64,000 nucleotides of DNA from Eledone cirrhosa (lineage: Eukaryota): the NCBI GenBank assembly GCA_964016885.1, contig OZ024753.1, positions 29,574,001-29,638,000 of the forward strand, read 5' to 3'. Positions 1 through 12,703 of this stretch are shown piece by piece. Under the pieces are notes generated by a model, which was not told where the DNA came from, did no database searches, and saw only the letters and a list, made by a program, of their open reading frames with translations. The number at the start of each line of letters is the position of its first letter. Positions within the stretch are counted from its first letter, which is position 1. The translations under genes and the position numbers were made by a program.

Positions 1-880
1 GTAGAGACATAAACACACACTAGTGCAGTGGCATACACATACATACATATATATGTAGAGACATAAACACACACTAGTGCAGTGGCATACACATACATAC
101 ATATATATGTAGAGACATAAACACACACTAGTGCAGTGGCATACACATACATACATATATATGTAGAGACATAAACACACACTAGTGCAGTGACATACAC
201 ATACATACATATATATGTAGAGACATAAACACACACTAGTGCAGTGGCATACACATACATACATATATATGTAGAGACATAAACACACACTAGTGCAGTG
301 ACATACACATACATACATATATATGTAGAGACATAAACACACACTAGTGCAGTGGCATACACATACATACATATATATGTAGAGACATAAACACACACTA
401 GTGCAGTGGCATACACATACATACATATATATGTAGAGACATAAACACACACTAGTGCAGTGACACATACATACATACATATATGTGTAGAGACATAAAT
501 ACACACTAGTGCAGTGGCACATACATACATACATATGTAGAGACATAAACACACACTAGTGCAGTGACATATACATACATATATATGTAGAGACATAAAC
601 ACACGCTAGTGCAGTGACACATACATACATATATATCTAGAGACATAAACACACACTAGTGCAGTGACACATACATACATATATATCTAGAGACATAAAC
701 ACACACTAGTGCAGTGGCATATACATACATATATATGTAGAGACATAAACACACACTAGTGCGGTGACATATACATACATATATATCTAGAGACATAAAC
801 ACACACTAGTGCAGTGGCATATGCATACATACACAGAGAAACACACTAGTGCAACGACATATAGATACATACACATATAG
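1..880. repeat. Minisatellite with a 54-bp unit (gtagagacataaacacacactagtgcagtggcatacacatacatacatatatat) shortening to about 50 bp; runs off the window start
   Basis: About 16 directly visible tandem copies. Confidence 0.95.
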
Positions 881-1006
881 AAACACAAGCACACTCAATA
901 AACTGTGACACATAGACACATACACAGAAATACAAACACACACTATACTGTGGCACATAGACATATACACATATGGACATAGATATATGTATATATGAAT
1001 GTATGA

Positions 1007-1056
<50 letters not shown>

Positions 1057-1167
1057 ATAATAATCAATTTGAAGACTAAAATCCAAAGATTGACTTTGTT
1101 AGTTTCAGAAGATCCCGTTAAGGGTGAAAGCAGCGATTCTTTGCTTAAACTTTAATCTGTTATTTTA

Positions 1168-1284
<117 letters not shown>

Positions 1285-1643
1285 GTAGGAGGTGAGTTTT
1301 ATTGTAGTACAATAAAGCAATGCAATTCATTATTTTTTCTCACTTTCATGCTCATCTATTTCATACCATCTTCTACTTTTCTCACAATATATCCTTACAT
1401 TACCTTTGCTATTTTTAATAATACATATCCACATTTTCTTTCCATCGCACATAAACCCTTAAATATTATTCTTAATACATATTAACAATTTCTTTTCATC
1501 GCACATATTATTAAACCCTTCAATATACAAACCTTAACTTTACATTATTTTTCTCTTCGTTAATTTTCAAATTCTTTTAATTTATACATTATCTTCCAAC
1601 GGTTTTTCAACCTCTCTATGTAAAACAATATATTTTTCTCAGT

Positions 1644-1675
<32 letters not shown>

Positions 1676-3224
1676 CTCTGAGAGAGAGAGGGGGGGGGGG
1701 GAGAATGAATTATCTCTGCCAATGTTGTCAACACACTCCTTACCCTGACACCTGATGGCAAATATGTTTCCCTACCATTAACTAAATTCCCAATAATATT
1801 TTCCAACATTAGTATTACTTCCCTTGGCAACAACGACAGTAAGTGCTTACCCAGTAAACAGAATATATAATTATTGCTGTAGAAGCTTCCTTCTTTCATA
1901 TCAAAATACAATTGGCACAAACATAGAAGTTTTAGAAACATCTTCTTCGAAGATGTGCTAGTGTTTATGTATGGAAAGAATGTTAATTCTTCTCTTTAAT
2001 GACTGATGAACGTTGTACGTTAGTGCATGTATTGGAGAAAAAAACTGTTTGGAATATTCTACATAATTATCAAACACTCCGTTTATATAATAATATCGTT
2101 TTATATCTATCTAGCTCCCAAGTATGCGTACATTGTCTCGTGTCAATTATCATTGAGACATTATTTGAACAGGAAACCGCTGGCACTGTAATATAAGCAC
2201 ATCTTTAAAAAAAATAACCACCGACAATTTCATACTAAAGTACATCTAACCCATGTTGCTTCTCTTCTCGTTAGTTCTGCCGTCTCACCTTTCCACGTTG
2301 TTCTGTGCAATTTGCAAAATTGTTTCAATCGAGAAATTCACCCCTGTTTAAGTACTGACTAAAACTATTAGTATATAGATATGACTTTAAGTACTCAAAA
2401 TTCATCAAAATTATTTTCCATCCTTATAATCTAGGAACTCGTTGGAAGATTAAACGCATGTGTTTTTTTTGGGGGGGGGCTTTGGTTTTTTCCTAAACGT
2501 CTAAAGAAAAGCAACTCGTAGGCTCGCATAGAAGAGGCAGTCATAAACAAAAGCAATGCCTTTCATCCTTACGAGGTCGGTAAAACAAAGTACACTGGGG
2601 GGCGATTTAATCGACTTTACCCTCCCCTTCAAATTGCTGGATTTGTGCCTAAAGTAGAAACAATTATTTTCATATTTATTAGCAAAGGCGACTAATTCAT
2701 GTAATATATAATTTTGATTTTTATCACGTGTTACTGATAAATATAATGTATAATAACATTATCGTAATCAAATTAATCTGTTTATCATGTTAAATTAGAA
2801 GAGATATTGGTACTAACTATCATTAGATAAACAGATAAAAGTGGCATAATATTTAGAATGGACGATCTTCTATCTTTTTGTCTCGTTTGTGTTTTGTTTT
2901 AGTTGTTTGAAACACGCCTGTTTCTTGTATATTCCTTTTTATCTTTCACTGATAGCCAAAGTGATCACAGCTGATTGTACGGCATTCAACATCTGAAAGT
3001 ACTTTTTTGTCTTTCAATGGTAACATGAAGCAATGGATTGGTTAGTCTATAGAGGAACTAGAGCTTTACTTTACAACCTAATGCTGTCACTGTCAACTTA
3101 TATTCTTGTTTCTATTTCATTCCCTTCCTCTCCCCCCCCCACCTCTCAGAAATACGCTATATATTCCTCATCATAAAAGTTATTTATAACCTAATATGTA
3201 TGTATGTATGTATGTATGTAAGTA

Positions 3225-3432
3225 TGGTCCCGTAACTCCTGATGGAGTCGTAGGGGCGCCCTATTGATATACGGTGTTTCCTGGGCATTTTTTAACCCTG
3301 GCGGAGCCCATCCCTCTCCAGGCATGAATACAACAGATTTCTACCAGAGAAAGCTAGAAAGTGAGAGAGAGATATAAAAGGAGAATCGACCCCAGTACTA
3401 GACTGGTACTTTTTTTATCGACCTCGAAAAGT
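3225..3432 (-). mobile_element. SINE 3' part (Nin/Deu-like domain plus LINE-derived tail with acgactcc/ggagtcgt hairpin and (ACAT)n tail)
   Basis: Homologous to 5788-6110 (+) and 39585-39785 (-); adjoins (TATG)n. Confidence 0.7.
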
Positions 3433-3679
3433 TTAACAACAAATTTTATGTGATTTTTGTTGTGTTAAAACTGATCTGAGGCTCAAGCAGTCTTGGAGTC
3501 TGGTCTGGAGGTGCCATCCCAGATCACGAGCTAGCTTCTTGAGAAACATTTGTAACCAGGATTCAGCAATAAATCTCCTATGTAAAATCTCCACTTTGTT
3601 CTTATTGTGTACACTCTGCTCTGCATCGAGTGCTGACTTTGGTTCTCTCACCAGTTTTCTTCGGATTTACTGAACTTTC

Positions 3680-3724
<45 letters not shown>

Positions 3725-3726
<2 letters not shown>

Positions 3727-3995
3727 TATTAGAAATGTAAGCTATCGCCGTATTTTGACTAACGAAAGTAAAGAAATTATTTAGCCTGATAGTGGGGTTA
3801 AGAACCCTCGGAGAAATGGAAAAAGATGAGTATTGACGTACATGTTCGTCAATACTCATCTTTTTCCATTTCTCCGGGGGTTCTTAACCCCACTATCAGG
3901 CTAAATAATTTCTTTACTTTCTTTAGTCAAAATACGGCGATAGCTTACATTTCTAATAATTTCAAACCCACTCGCCGTTTCGAAAATATTCTTAC
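3725..3995. mobile_element. Fold-back element in (TA)n, resembling a Penelope-like terminus
   Basis: Arms 3725-3838 and 3847-3960 are near-perfect reverse complements, with a one-sided 35-nt tail; related copy at 34090-34340. Confidence 0.75.
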
Positions 3996-4000
3996 ATATA

Positions 4001-4052
<52 letters not shown>

Positions 4053-4586
4053 TATGTATATGTGTATGTATGTACGTATATATATATATGTATACATACA
4101 TGTATATACTTCAAAAAATAATTACATATAAGCATGCTCTTTTTAAAAGAAACAGATGTTAGTTATAGCAAGTATTCCACGATTACGGTCCTGTAGGAAG
4201 CCATATATTCGCTAAGTTTGTAAATACTTTGGTCCTTTCTTTCTGTCATTCCTATACCTAATATTTATTGATATATGTGTTGACTTAATGTCAGATAATA
4301 ATAATTCCAGTTGAAGTGAACAAACGTATTTGGAGATTTATGCCTATGCTCCTCACTGCTATCTTACCTTCCTAGAAGCTGTCTTTATTTTTAGATTTAT
4401 ATATGTACATATAATATGCGTAACAGATATGTGTGTGTGTATGTGTGTGTGTGCCTGTATATATATATATATATGTGTGTATGTGTGTGTGTATGTATAT
4501 ATATATATGTGTGTGTATGTGTGTGTATGTGTGTGTTTGTATATATTATATATATATATGTATATATATATATGTATATATATGTA

Positions 4587-4645
<59 letters not shown>

Positions 4646-4709
4646 GGATGTATGGATGTATGTCTTTATTTTTATTTGTATAATATGCGTAACACATATG
4701 TGCTGTGCG

Positions 4710-4803
<94 letters not shown>

Positions 4804-5258
4804 TGTGTGTGTGTGAGTGTGTGTGAGTGTGTGTGTGTGAGTGTGAGTGTGTGTGTTTGTGTATTCATACATACGTCCAAATACAAACTGTGGGTTTAAA
4901 TCTTCGATTCTAAACATGCTTTTCTGAGAGTGAGTGTATCCATGTCCAGGTATTGCGGAATACTGATTATGTCTACACGTGTATGCATGTACACGCGTGT
5001 GTATATCTGTGTAGCGGTAGTGTAGGGGGTGAAGGAGGTAAGTTATACTGCAGTATTTAATGCTCACATCAGTCAGCATAATTCCAAGCAATTTGAGGAC
5101 CAAAGGAATTGAGTCTTGCTAATTGGCGTGTTCATAATCCAAGAATGCATATGATATATCGACAATCTAAGACACAAAAGAGATTCCATTACAACTTCAT
5201 ATACTACAGTGAAACAATAATATATATATATATACATATATATGTGTGTGTGTGTATA

Positions 5259-5364
5259 CAGGGTGTCCCTCAAAAATGTATACACACTTCAACAGCATTC
5301 TAATAAATATTGCCTGTACAGGTAATAAAAGCGTGTATGTATACATTTTGGGGAGGACACCCTG
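5259..5364. mobile_element. Tc1/mariner-type MITE, 106 bp
   Basis: TIRs cagggtgtccctcaaaaatgtatac / gtatacattttggggaggacaccctg, TA on both sides. Confidence 0.85.
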
Positions 5365-5395
<31 letters not shown>

Positions 5396-5787
5396 ATTAA
5401 TGGTTAAATATCATTCTCCACGTTTCCCTGCATCTGAGTCTACAACCAGTTGCAAATATGATAAACACGCATATATTTGTTTTACGATACATCCGACTGG
5501 ATGTACACAAACATACTCTCAATTCCAACACACACCAGAATATATAGGTGTAGGCATGTGTGTGGGGGGGGGGGGGGGCCAAATAATTCTAGCTTCAACA
5601 CAGAACTAGGGAGAGGGATAAATTTGTAACAGTTTGTCATTTTATCTACACACACACACACTCTCTTAATATTCATGAAGTAGATTTATATTCAAATCCC
5701 GACACAAGATAACCGAATAGCCGAGCTTTATTCTTCTCAAGTAATCTTCTGTGACTTCTGATAAGCTACCAATATCGTCTGTGTGTA

Positions 5788-6110
5788 GGCGGCGAATTGG
5801 CAAAGTCGTTAAAACGTCGGATAGAATGATTCGCGGTATTCGTTTTGGCTCTCTACTCTCTGAGTTCAAATCCCACCAATGTCAACTTGACTTTTCATCC
5901 ATTCCAGGTCGCTAAAACAAGTACCAGTCTAGTACTGGCCTCTGTTCTTTTTCTATATTTCTTTCTCATTTCCATTCTCTCACCCTCTCTATCCTTCTCT
6001 GGAAGAAATCTGCTGCATTCAGACATGGAGAGGAGACGGGCTCCACCATGTTTTAAAGATGCCCTAGAAACGCTGTATGTCAATACGGCATCCCAACGAC
6101 TCCCATGGCT
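5788..6110 (+). mobile_element. tRNA-derived SINE, near full length
   Basis: A-box-like tggcaaagtcg, B-box gagttcaaatccc, Nin-like cttttcatcc..gtcg..aagtaccag, tail shared with the 3225 and 39585 copies. Confidence 0.7.
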
Positions 6111-6621
6111 AATTAGAGGAAGATATTCAATATCGAAATTCCTTATTAGCAAATGTCTGTTTCAATAATATTTTATTAAAGCTTGTCAGCAGGTGCAATA
6201 ACATATCTCTGTTCGACTATCACCCCTCCATCCATCACACCTCACTTTAAATACTCATGCGTTTCAAACAAATATATTGTACGATGAATTATTTTATCAT
6301 TCTGTGTTAGATTCCTTTACCTTCTTCATGGGGAGATATAGAATTATAATTGTAAGCAGATATGGCCACCTTTGAATATTCGCCATATCTCAGCTGGCGC
6401 TTTGATGTGAAGAAATTATGAAAAGATTCTCTCTTTCATCAGAATTTACTTGAAGCTGTGTCGAGGGTGGACCATAATACGTACACATACACACACATAC
6501 GCGTGCAAACACACATGCGCATATGTGTGTGTGTTTATGTGTGTGTGGTTTGTAAATGTTAGTTCACGTGTGTAGGTGTTTTTGTTTGTATGTGTACATG
6601 TGTGTACGAGTGTTTCAGCTT

Positions 6622-6686
<65 letters not shown>

Positions 6687-6687
6687 C

Positions 6688-6690
<3 letters not shown>

Positions 6691-6754
<64 letters not shown>
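6691..6754. repeat. (GATA)16 microsatellite at the 3' end of Tx1 element A
   Basis: Direct observation. Confidence 0.95.
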
Positions 6755-6755
<1 letters not shown>

Positions 6756-6985
6756 ATTTCTATTTATTTGCCACGAGGGCACAAAAGAAGGGGACATTTA
6801 CACAGTGGGGGAGTTTACATAAATCGAGTAAAGAAAAAGGAATAACAATAATAATATAACAATAAAAAGTCCTCAAAAGGGAGGGGGCGTGTTGGGGATT
6901 GCACATACCCCCGAAAAGTGTGCAACTCTTTTCGCGGGGGAAGCCCAGAGAGGAGGCGCTCCCCCTTTCCTCTTCACTTCTTCAC

Positions 6986-9900
6986 CTACAGAACAATGTA
7001 GAGAGAAGGCCCATTTACACGGGCCATTCTCGCTTCTTTCACCCACCTTTCATAAAACTGTCTGGGACCAAGCACTTCTCTCTCCATCCTGATTCTTCTT
7101 CCGAAGTGGTATCGGAAGAAGTAAACCAGGTGATGGCCGGAGAGAAAGTCACCCGACCTCAGACCTTTCAGGCGCGTCCACCACACAACCTCTTTCATCA
7201 TGGCTATTACGCACAGAAAGACCGCCTCTGCTTCATTTCTGAAGGGAGGAGGCGGCTTGATGTTCACCACAGACTCGGCGGTTAATCGAATCGGCGCCAC
7301 ACGCGACAGCAGTCGTTCGACGTAGCCCCACAGATCGGCAACGCCCGGGCAGTGTACCAGTGCATGCGCAACGGTTTCCTCGTCGCGCACGCATCTGGGA
7401 CAGATCTTTTTCGCGGGATCCCTGCCCGGGCGCCCGTGTCTGTAGAGCTTTTCTCGAACGGGCAGAGCCCCCCGGTAACACTGCCAGGCTAGGGACCTCT
7501 GGAAGTTGTCCATGGGTCCCGGGCCGAAAGTTCTACCGAACAGGCTGGCCAGTTCGTCCTCCTCCATGCCTAGCGACTCTCCAAGGGTGTCGTCGCCCCT
7601 GCTAGCCACCAACCCTCTATAGAATGTCGAGGTGGATTCTCCACTGACAGTCGGGTCCGCTTGCCAGATAGCCGTGAGCGCCTGGGCACACTCAGTGTGC
7701 CAGTTGCCCAGTTTTCTCGGTCTTTGCTTCACCCAGGATTGCAGTTCGGTGAGCGAGACGAGCTGTGAGAAGGCTCGCCTCACAAACGGGGCCCACACCG
7801 GCTGACCGTTGAGGAATACCTGTAGATGCCGTAGCCTCAATGCGTGCCTACGCATCAACAGCCACGGCATACCCAGCCCTCCTTTCGAAGGGTGCTGGCA
7901 GCAGATGGATCTCCTCACCATGGGAGGCCGCTTCTTCCAGAGGAACTGGAAGAGCATGCGTTCCATGATGGTGAGCTTTTCCTTGGGGCAAGGCACGACG
8001 GTCAGGCGGTAGTAGATGACGGACGCTATGTAAGCGTTCGTCACCTCCGCCCGACCTTTCAGTGATAGTTTGCACTTGGCCCACTTCTGGGTCAGCGCAA
8101 ACACCCTGCTCGTCACCTCGCCCCAATTCTTCTCCACCTGGAGGTCCGGTCCGAACCAGACCCCGAGCAGCTTCACCGGGCCCTCCGTCCACCGCCCGAC
8201 GACACCGTCTAACGGCATCGGTTTGCCCCTCCACGTTGCGAGTTGCAAACCGACTGACTTGTCCTGGTTCAGCTTAGCCCCCGTCAGCCTTTCGTATTCC
8301 TCCAGTAGGGTGGCGATCGCCCCGATTTCCGAGGCGTCCGCCACCATTACTGTTACGTCGTCGGCATAGGCCGAGACCGCTTTGTGCAATCCCGGTTCCA
8401 GGAGTATGCCCCGCAGCAACTCCAACTTCCGCAGCAGTGGCTCGAGAGTCAATACGTACAGAAGGGAGGAGAGGGGGCACCCCTGTCTGATGGATCGGGT
8501 GATTTGAAACGGCTCCGAGAGGTAGCCGTTTACTTTAATCCTAGAGTAGATGTTGCCACTGTGCATGGCAGAAATCCAGCCCCTGAAAACGGGTCCGAAG
8601 CCCGCCGCCGCTAGCACCGCATCCAGGTAACCATGGTCGACCCTATCGAACGCCTTAGATTGATCCAAGTTGATCAGGGCCCCACCAAAGCCGGGTTCGT
8701 AGCCAACCCTCTCTATGATGTATCGCATGAGGTGGAGGTTGTCGTGAATGGACCTGGACGGGATAGCGCATGTCTGCGCGTCTCCCACCAAACCACCCAC
8801 CACAAGCGCCAACCTCTTCGCCAACACCTTGGCCAAAATCTGTAACTCTGCATTCAGCAGAGTTATGGGCCTAAAGTTACTTAAGTCGTCCCCCTTGCTC
8901 TCGTCCTTCCTCACTAGCGTGACCACGCCCTTGGTCACAGAACAGGGAATTCTCCCGTTCTGTTGCCAGTTGCAATAGACAGCCTCGAGGAGTTCGGAGA
9001 ACAAGACCGGCATAGCTAAATAAAGTTCGTATGGTAGACCATCGAGACCCGGGGATTTGCGTCTGCTGCATTGGCTGAGCGCTTCCCCGATTTCAGTGGC
9101 TGTGATTGGCCCTTCGCAGCACTCCGCTTCGCCGCTCGAAAGACGCGGTAGACCGTCGAGGTATGGACCGAAGTCCACATCCCCGTCCGGCCCCCCGCCA
9201 CCTCCGAACAGTCGAGCAAAGTGCCTTTGAAAGGTCTCGCACATTCGCTCAGGTTCAAGGATCACCCGTCCATCCTGGTCTCGCAAAGACCGAATGGTGG
9301 ATTTAATCCCACTCTTGGCTTCTGTCACGCGGGCCCAGCTAACAGCTTTGGTCCCCTCGTTTCCTAAAGCACGTATTTTACTTCGGACAACGCAGCCTTC
9401 GTGCTTCGCGTCAAAGAACTGGCTCAATGCCGTTCTCGTCGCTAACACTCTGGCTACGTCTCCGCTCCTAATCGCCTCTTCTAGTTTATCTGTTAACTCC
9501 CTTTCCCTCCTATTTCTATTCGCCGCTAGTTCCTTACTGTAACCTATCGAACTTACTCTAATCTCTCTCTTTAGAGATATCCACCACCTACTGTTGACGA
9601 TCGCTCCCGTCAACCGCATCTTAACTAAGCTACTAATCCGGTTTCTGTAATCTTTCTTTGTCGGTAAGGACAAGTTCATCTTCCAGTAACCGGGACCCTG
9701 TCTATGCGTTCTATCAAGGTTGACCACGCAGGTCACTAATTTGTGATCTGAATAGCCAACCATGATCAGTTCTGGACAACTAAATACGTCCCTATCCTTA
9801 CTCCTAACCAAAAACCTATCTAGGTACGATCTAGATTGTCCACTGCGGTTTGCCCAGGTCCAGGTTGGCGCAGTTGGACAATCTAGTCGAAATCTATCGA

Positions 9901-10415
9901 CCAGGTCGAATCGATCGAGTAACCCCTTGAGGCTGCTACACCCCCCTCTATCGGGACATGCCCCTGCATAGTCCCAACGCGCATCTAGGATTCCATTCCA
10001 GTCCCCCACTAAAAGCAGGGAACGCGACGTTCCTAGAAAAGTCTCCAGACGTTGGAAGAAGTCGGCTCTCTCCGCCCCGAAGGGAGCATAAAGACCGACC
10101 AGTCTGAAAGCCCCGCCTTCACCACCTCCGACGTCCAGCACCAGTAATCGACCCCCCGGGTCCGAGTGAACAATCTGTACGTCGAGAGTCAGACGTTTAT
10201 CCAGCAGTACGGCAACTCCCCCCCCCCGCCTCCGGGTTGACAGAGAGATGCGTGCATCTCAAAGTCATCGAAGGCGGGCGCAGCTGTCTCACGCTGCTGA
10301 TCCGACTCTCGCAAACAACCATCACATCTATACTTTGTGACCTGAGGTCACTTAGAAGCTTTGCTTGCTTCCAAGCTGAGCTCAGGCCACGCGCGTTCAA
10401 ACAGCCAACTCTCAA
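6986..10415 (-). CDS. Tx1 ORF2: AP endonuclease, reverse transcriptase and C-terminal zinc finger; two 1-nt deficits near 10281 and 10220
   Basis: APE motifs LNARGL, GDWN, SYLDR, SDH; KSPGLDG, FRPITLLN, DQSKAFDRV, QGCPLS, YADD; CPRC..HALVHC; 1051-aa open stretch 6986-10141. Confidence 0.92.
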
Positions 10416-10420
10416 TTGAT

Positions 10421-12255
10421 CTATTTTGGTGTTGAAAGTGAAGAAAGAAAAGCACTTACCTCTCCGGGTTGCGTAATTTCCATGGCATCAGGTGTGTTGG
10501 GTGGAGGGATGTTTTGTGGTGGTGTGGGGGTACACGTGTGTGGTGGGGTTGGGGTATTTGGAGTTGTGTCAGGGAGAGGGGCGGTTATGGGGAAATCTTT
10601 CAAGAGGACGCGATTCAACGGTTTTAAACAGGGGGGGCTCACGTCCCGTCTAAATTGTTCTTTTAAGGAACGATAAAGGTCCAGAGGGACCTTTATCATT
10701 TTTAAATGGGTGAAGTTCTCTGTTGAGATAAAGTTTGGCCCTTCGGTCTGCACCATAGGGTTATTGTTTATTAATTTAACCAGTTTTTTGTTTTCTTTAT
10801 TTATATATGTGTATTGCAACGTCTTTTTTTGTGATGCTGTCAATGTTTCGGAGAGGGGAGGCGCAGATTTATTTTTGTTTGTTGAGGGTGGGGTGTTTTT
10901 GATTGGAGTTGGTGTTTGTGTGTGGGTTATTTGTGGTGTGCTGGGTGTGTGTTTTCTTTTTTTTCTTTTAACTTGTCTGAAGGCTTCTCCTCCTTCTTCT
11001 TCAGAAGTTGGGGGAAACTCTTCAGCGCTAGGTGGGAGGGACGTGTTGTGTGGTTGTTTTTTTTTGCGGGAGGGGTAGATTTGTTACTGTTTTTTTTATT
11101 ATTTGTTTGGAATGGGGTTTGTGGTGGTGGTGGTGGTAATGTTTGTGTCGTGCTTGTGGTTGGTGATGGTGGTGGTGATGTTTGTGTTGTGGTTGGTGGT
11201 GGTGATTTTTGTGTCGTGCTTGTGTTTGGTGCTGGTGGTGGTGATGTTTGTGTTGTGTTTGTGGTTGGTGGTGTCTGTATTTTGTTTGCTGTGTGTGGTA
11301 TTAGTGTATTTTTGGAGGTGGGTGGTGCTGGTGTACTGTTTGTGGTGGGTGTGGGCAATAGTCCTTTTTGGGGGATACGTTTCGGGCAGTTAGCCTTAAC
11401 GTGTCCCCTTTCCATGCATAAATAGCATGCTGGTCTTCTCCCCTCTACAATTATGTCTATTGGGGTAAGGTCATCCAGCCAGATGCGATCCGGGATTTGT
11501 GCTATTCTTTCGGGCCTCATTTGGACTAGTATGTCGAGGCCCATTCCCAGGAACGCATCTCCAGTTGCCTTCCCCATTGACAGCATAGTGTCTTCGCCCA
11601 TATCAATGAAGCCAGCAATAGCCCACCAGAAGTCCATTGTGGGCAGCATTGTTTTTACTTTTACTCTCTGTGTTCTTCTACCCATGTAGGAGGGATAGAA
11701 GCTATATGTTGTCGACGAGAGTGGGCTTAGGGAAAGCTTCTCCGCCGTTTCTTTGTCTCTTGTTAGGACCGAAATGCTGCCATAGAGTCGGTCCTTTCGT
11801 ATGAAGAGAATATTCTTCATATAGTCTTTTAGGACTAACTCTATTTCCATTTGGCTGGGCTGTGCTGGCTTTCTTGTCTGGTTCAGTATAGTTCTGTATA
11901 TAACTGTGTTTTCTGCTCTGGCTTTCTTGAATTCTGGGGGGGAGTTAATGGAAAACATTCCGTTCTCCCCCAAAACAATATGTTTCTTTGCTTCGGCCAG
12001 TTTTTCTCTGGCGGCAGTTAGGTCAATTGGTGTGTATGTAATGGATTGCTTTGTTTTCTGGGCGAAAGTTGCCCTGTCGTTATTTGTATTATTTTCTGTT
12101 TGTTTGTTTTCTGTTTGCTCATTTTCCTTAACATTTGTTTTTTCATTTTGTTTGTTTGTTTCAATGTCTAATTTTGTTGTAATTATTTTTTGTTCTTCAG
12201 ACTTGGGGGGCGTGGCAGAGCTAATGGCAGACATGTCTGCCATCTTTTCCGCCAT
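10421..12255 (-). CDS. Tx1 ORF1 (gag-like zinc-knuckle protein); one frameshift, probably in the T-run near 11060
   Basis: CYLCMERGHVKANC knuckle, P/T-rich linker; both halves align with element B ORF1. Confidence 0.85.
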
Positions 12256-12456
12256 GCTGCCAAGAAAGAAATTTTTCGGCAAAAATAGATATTTATTTTA
12301 CCCCCTAAAAAGGGGGTAAATGCAAAAATGTTTCCCTAAATAACAGGGGTTAGTGTTCCAAATGTGTTGCACTAAAAAATTTATCCGGTACTTACAATAG
12401 TAAGGGTAAATCCCGATGGAATAGCGGAGCCGATGCGAAGCGTGTCTTACTCTATC

Positions 12457-12458
<2 letters not shown>

Positions 12459-12489
<31 letters not shown>
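12459..12489. repeat. (GATA)n tract separating Tx1 elements A and B
   Basis: Direct observation. Confidence 0.95.
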
Positions 12490-12703
12490 TTCTTTATTTA
12501 CCATAAAGGCATAAAAAGAAGGGACAAATACAAAGGGGGAGTTTACATATAATCGAGTAAAAAGGGTGTAACATGAAAATAATCGAAAATAACCTCAAAA
12601 GGGAGGGGACGTGATGGGGGTTGCACACACCCCCGAAAAAGTGTGCAATCCTTTGCCCGGGGAGCACATGGAGAAGGTGCTCCCCTCTCCTTCACTTCTT
12701 TAC

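Larger units (their letters stand above)
6755..12458 (-). mobile_element. Apparently full-length Tx1/L1-clade non-LTR retrotransposon (element A)
   Basis: 5'UTR, ORF1 with CCHC knuckle, ORF2 APE-RT-zinc finger, 3' AATAAA then (CTAT)n; GATA tracts on both sides. Confidence 0.93.

Noticed and set aside
1851-1957. Possible minus-strand exon ending g|gtaagc
   Set aside because: No partner exons or recognisable peptide
3433-3683. Possible Tc1/mariner HTH remnant (LKKLARDLG)
   Set aside because: Too short and degenerate, no TIR found
10421-10459. 39-nt mini-intron fusing ORF1 to ORF2 in A (a 51-nt analogue in B is in frame)
   Set aside because: Out of frame in A and very short; the distal acceptor at the ORF2 stop is consistent in both elements
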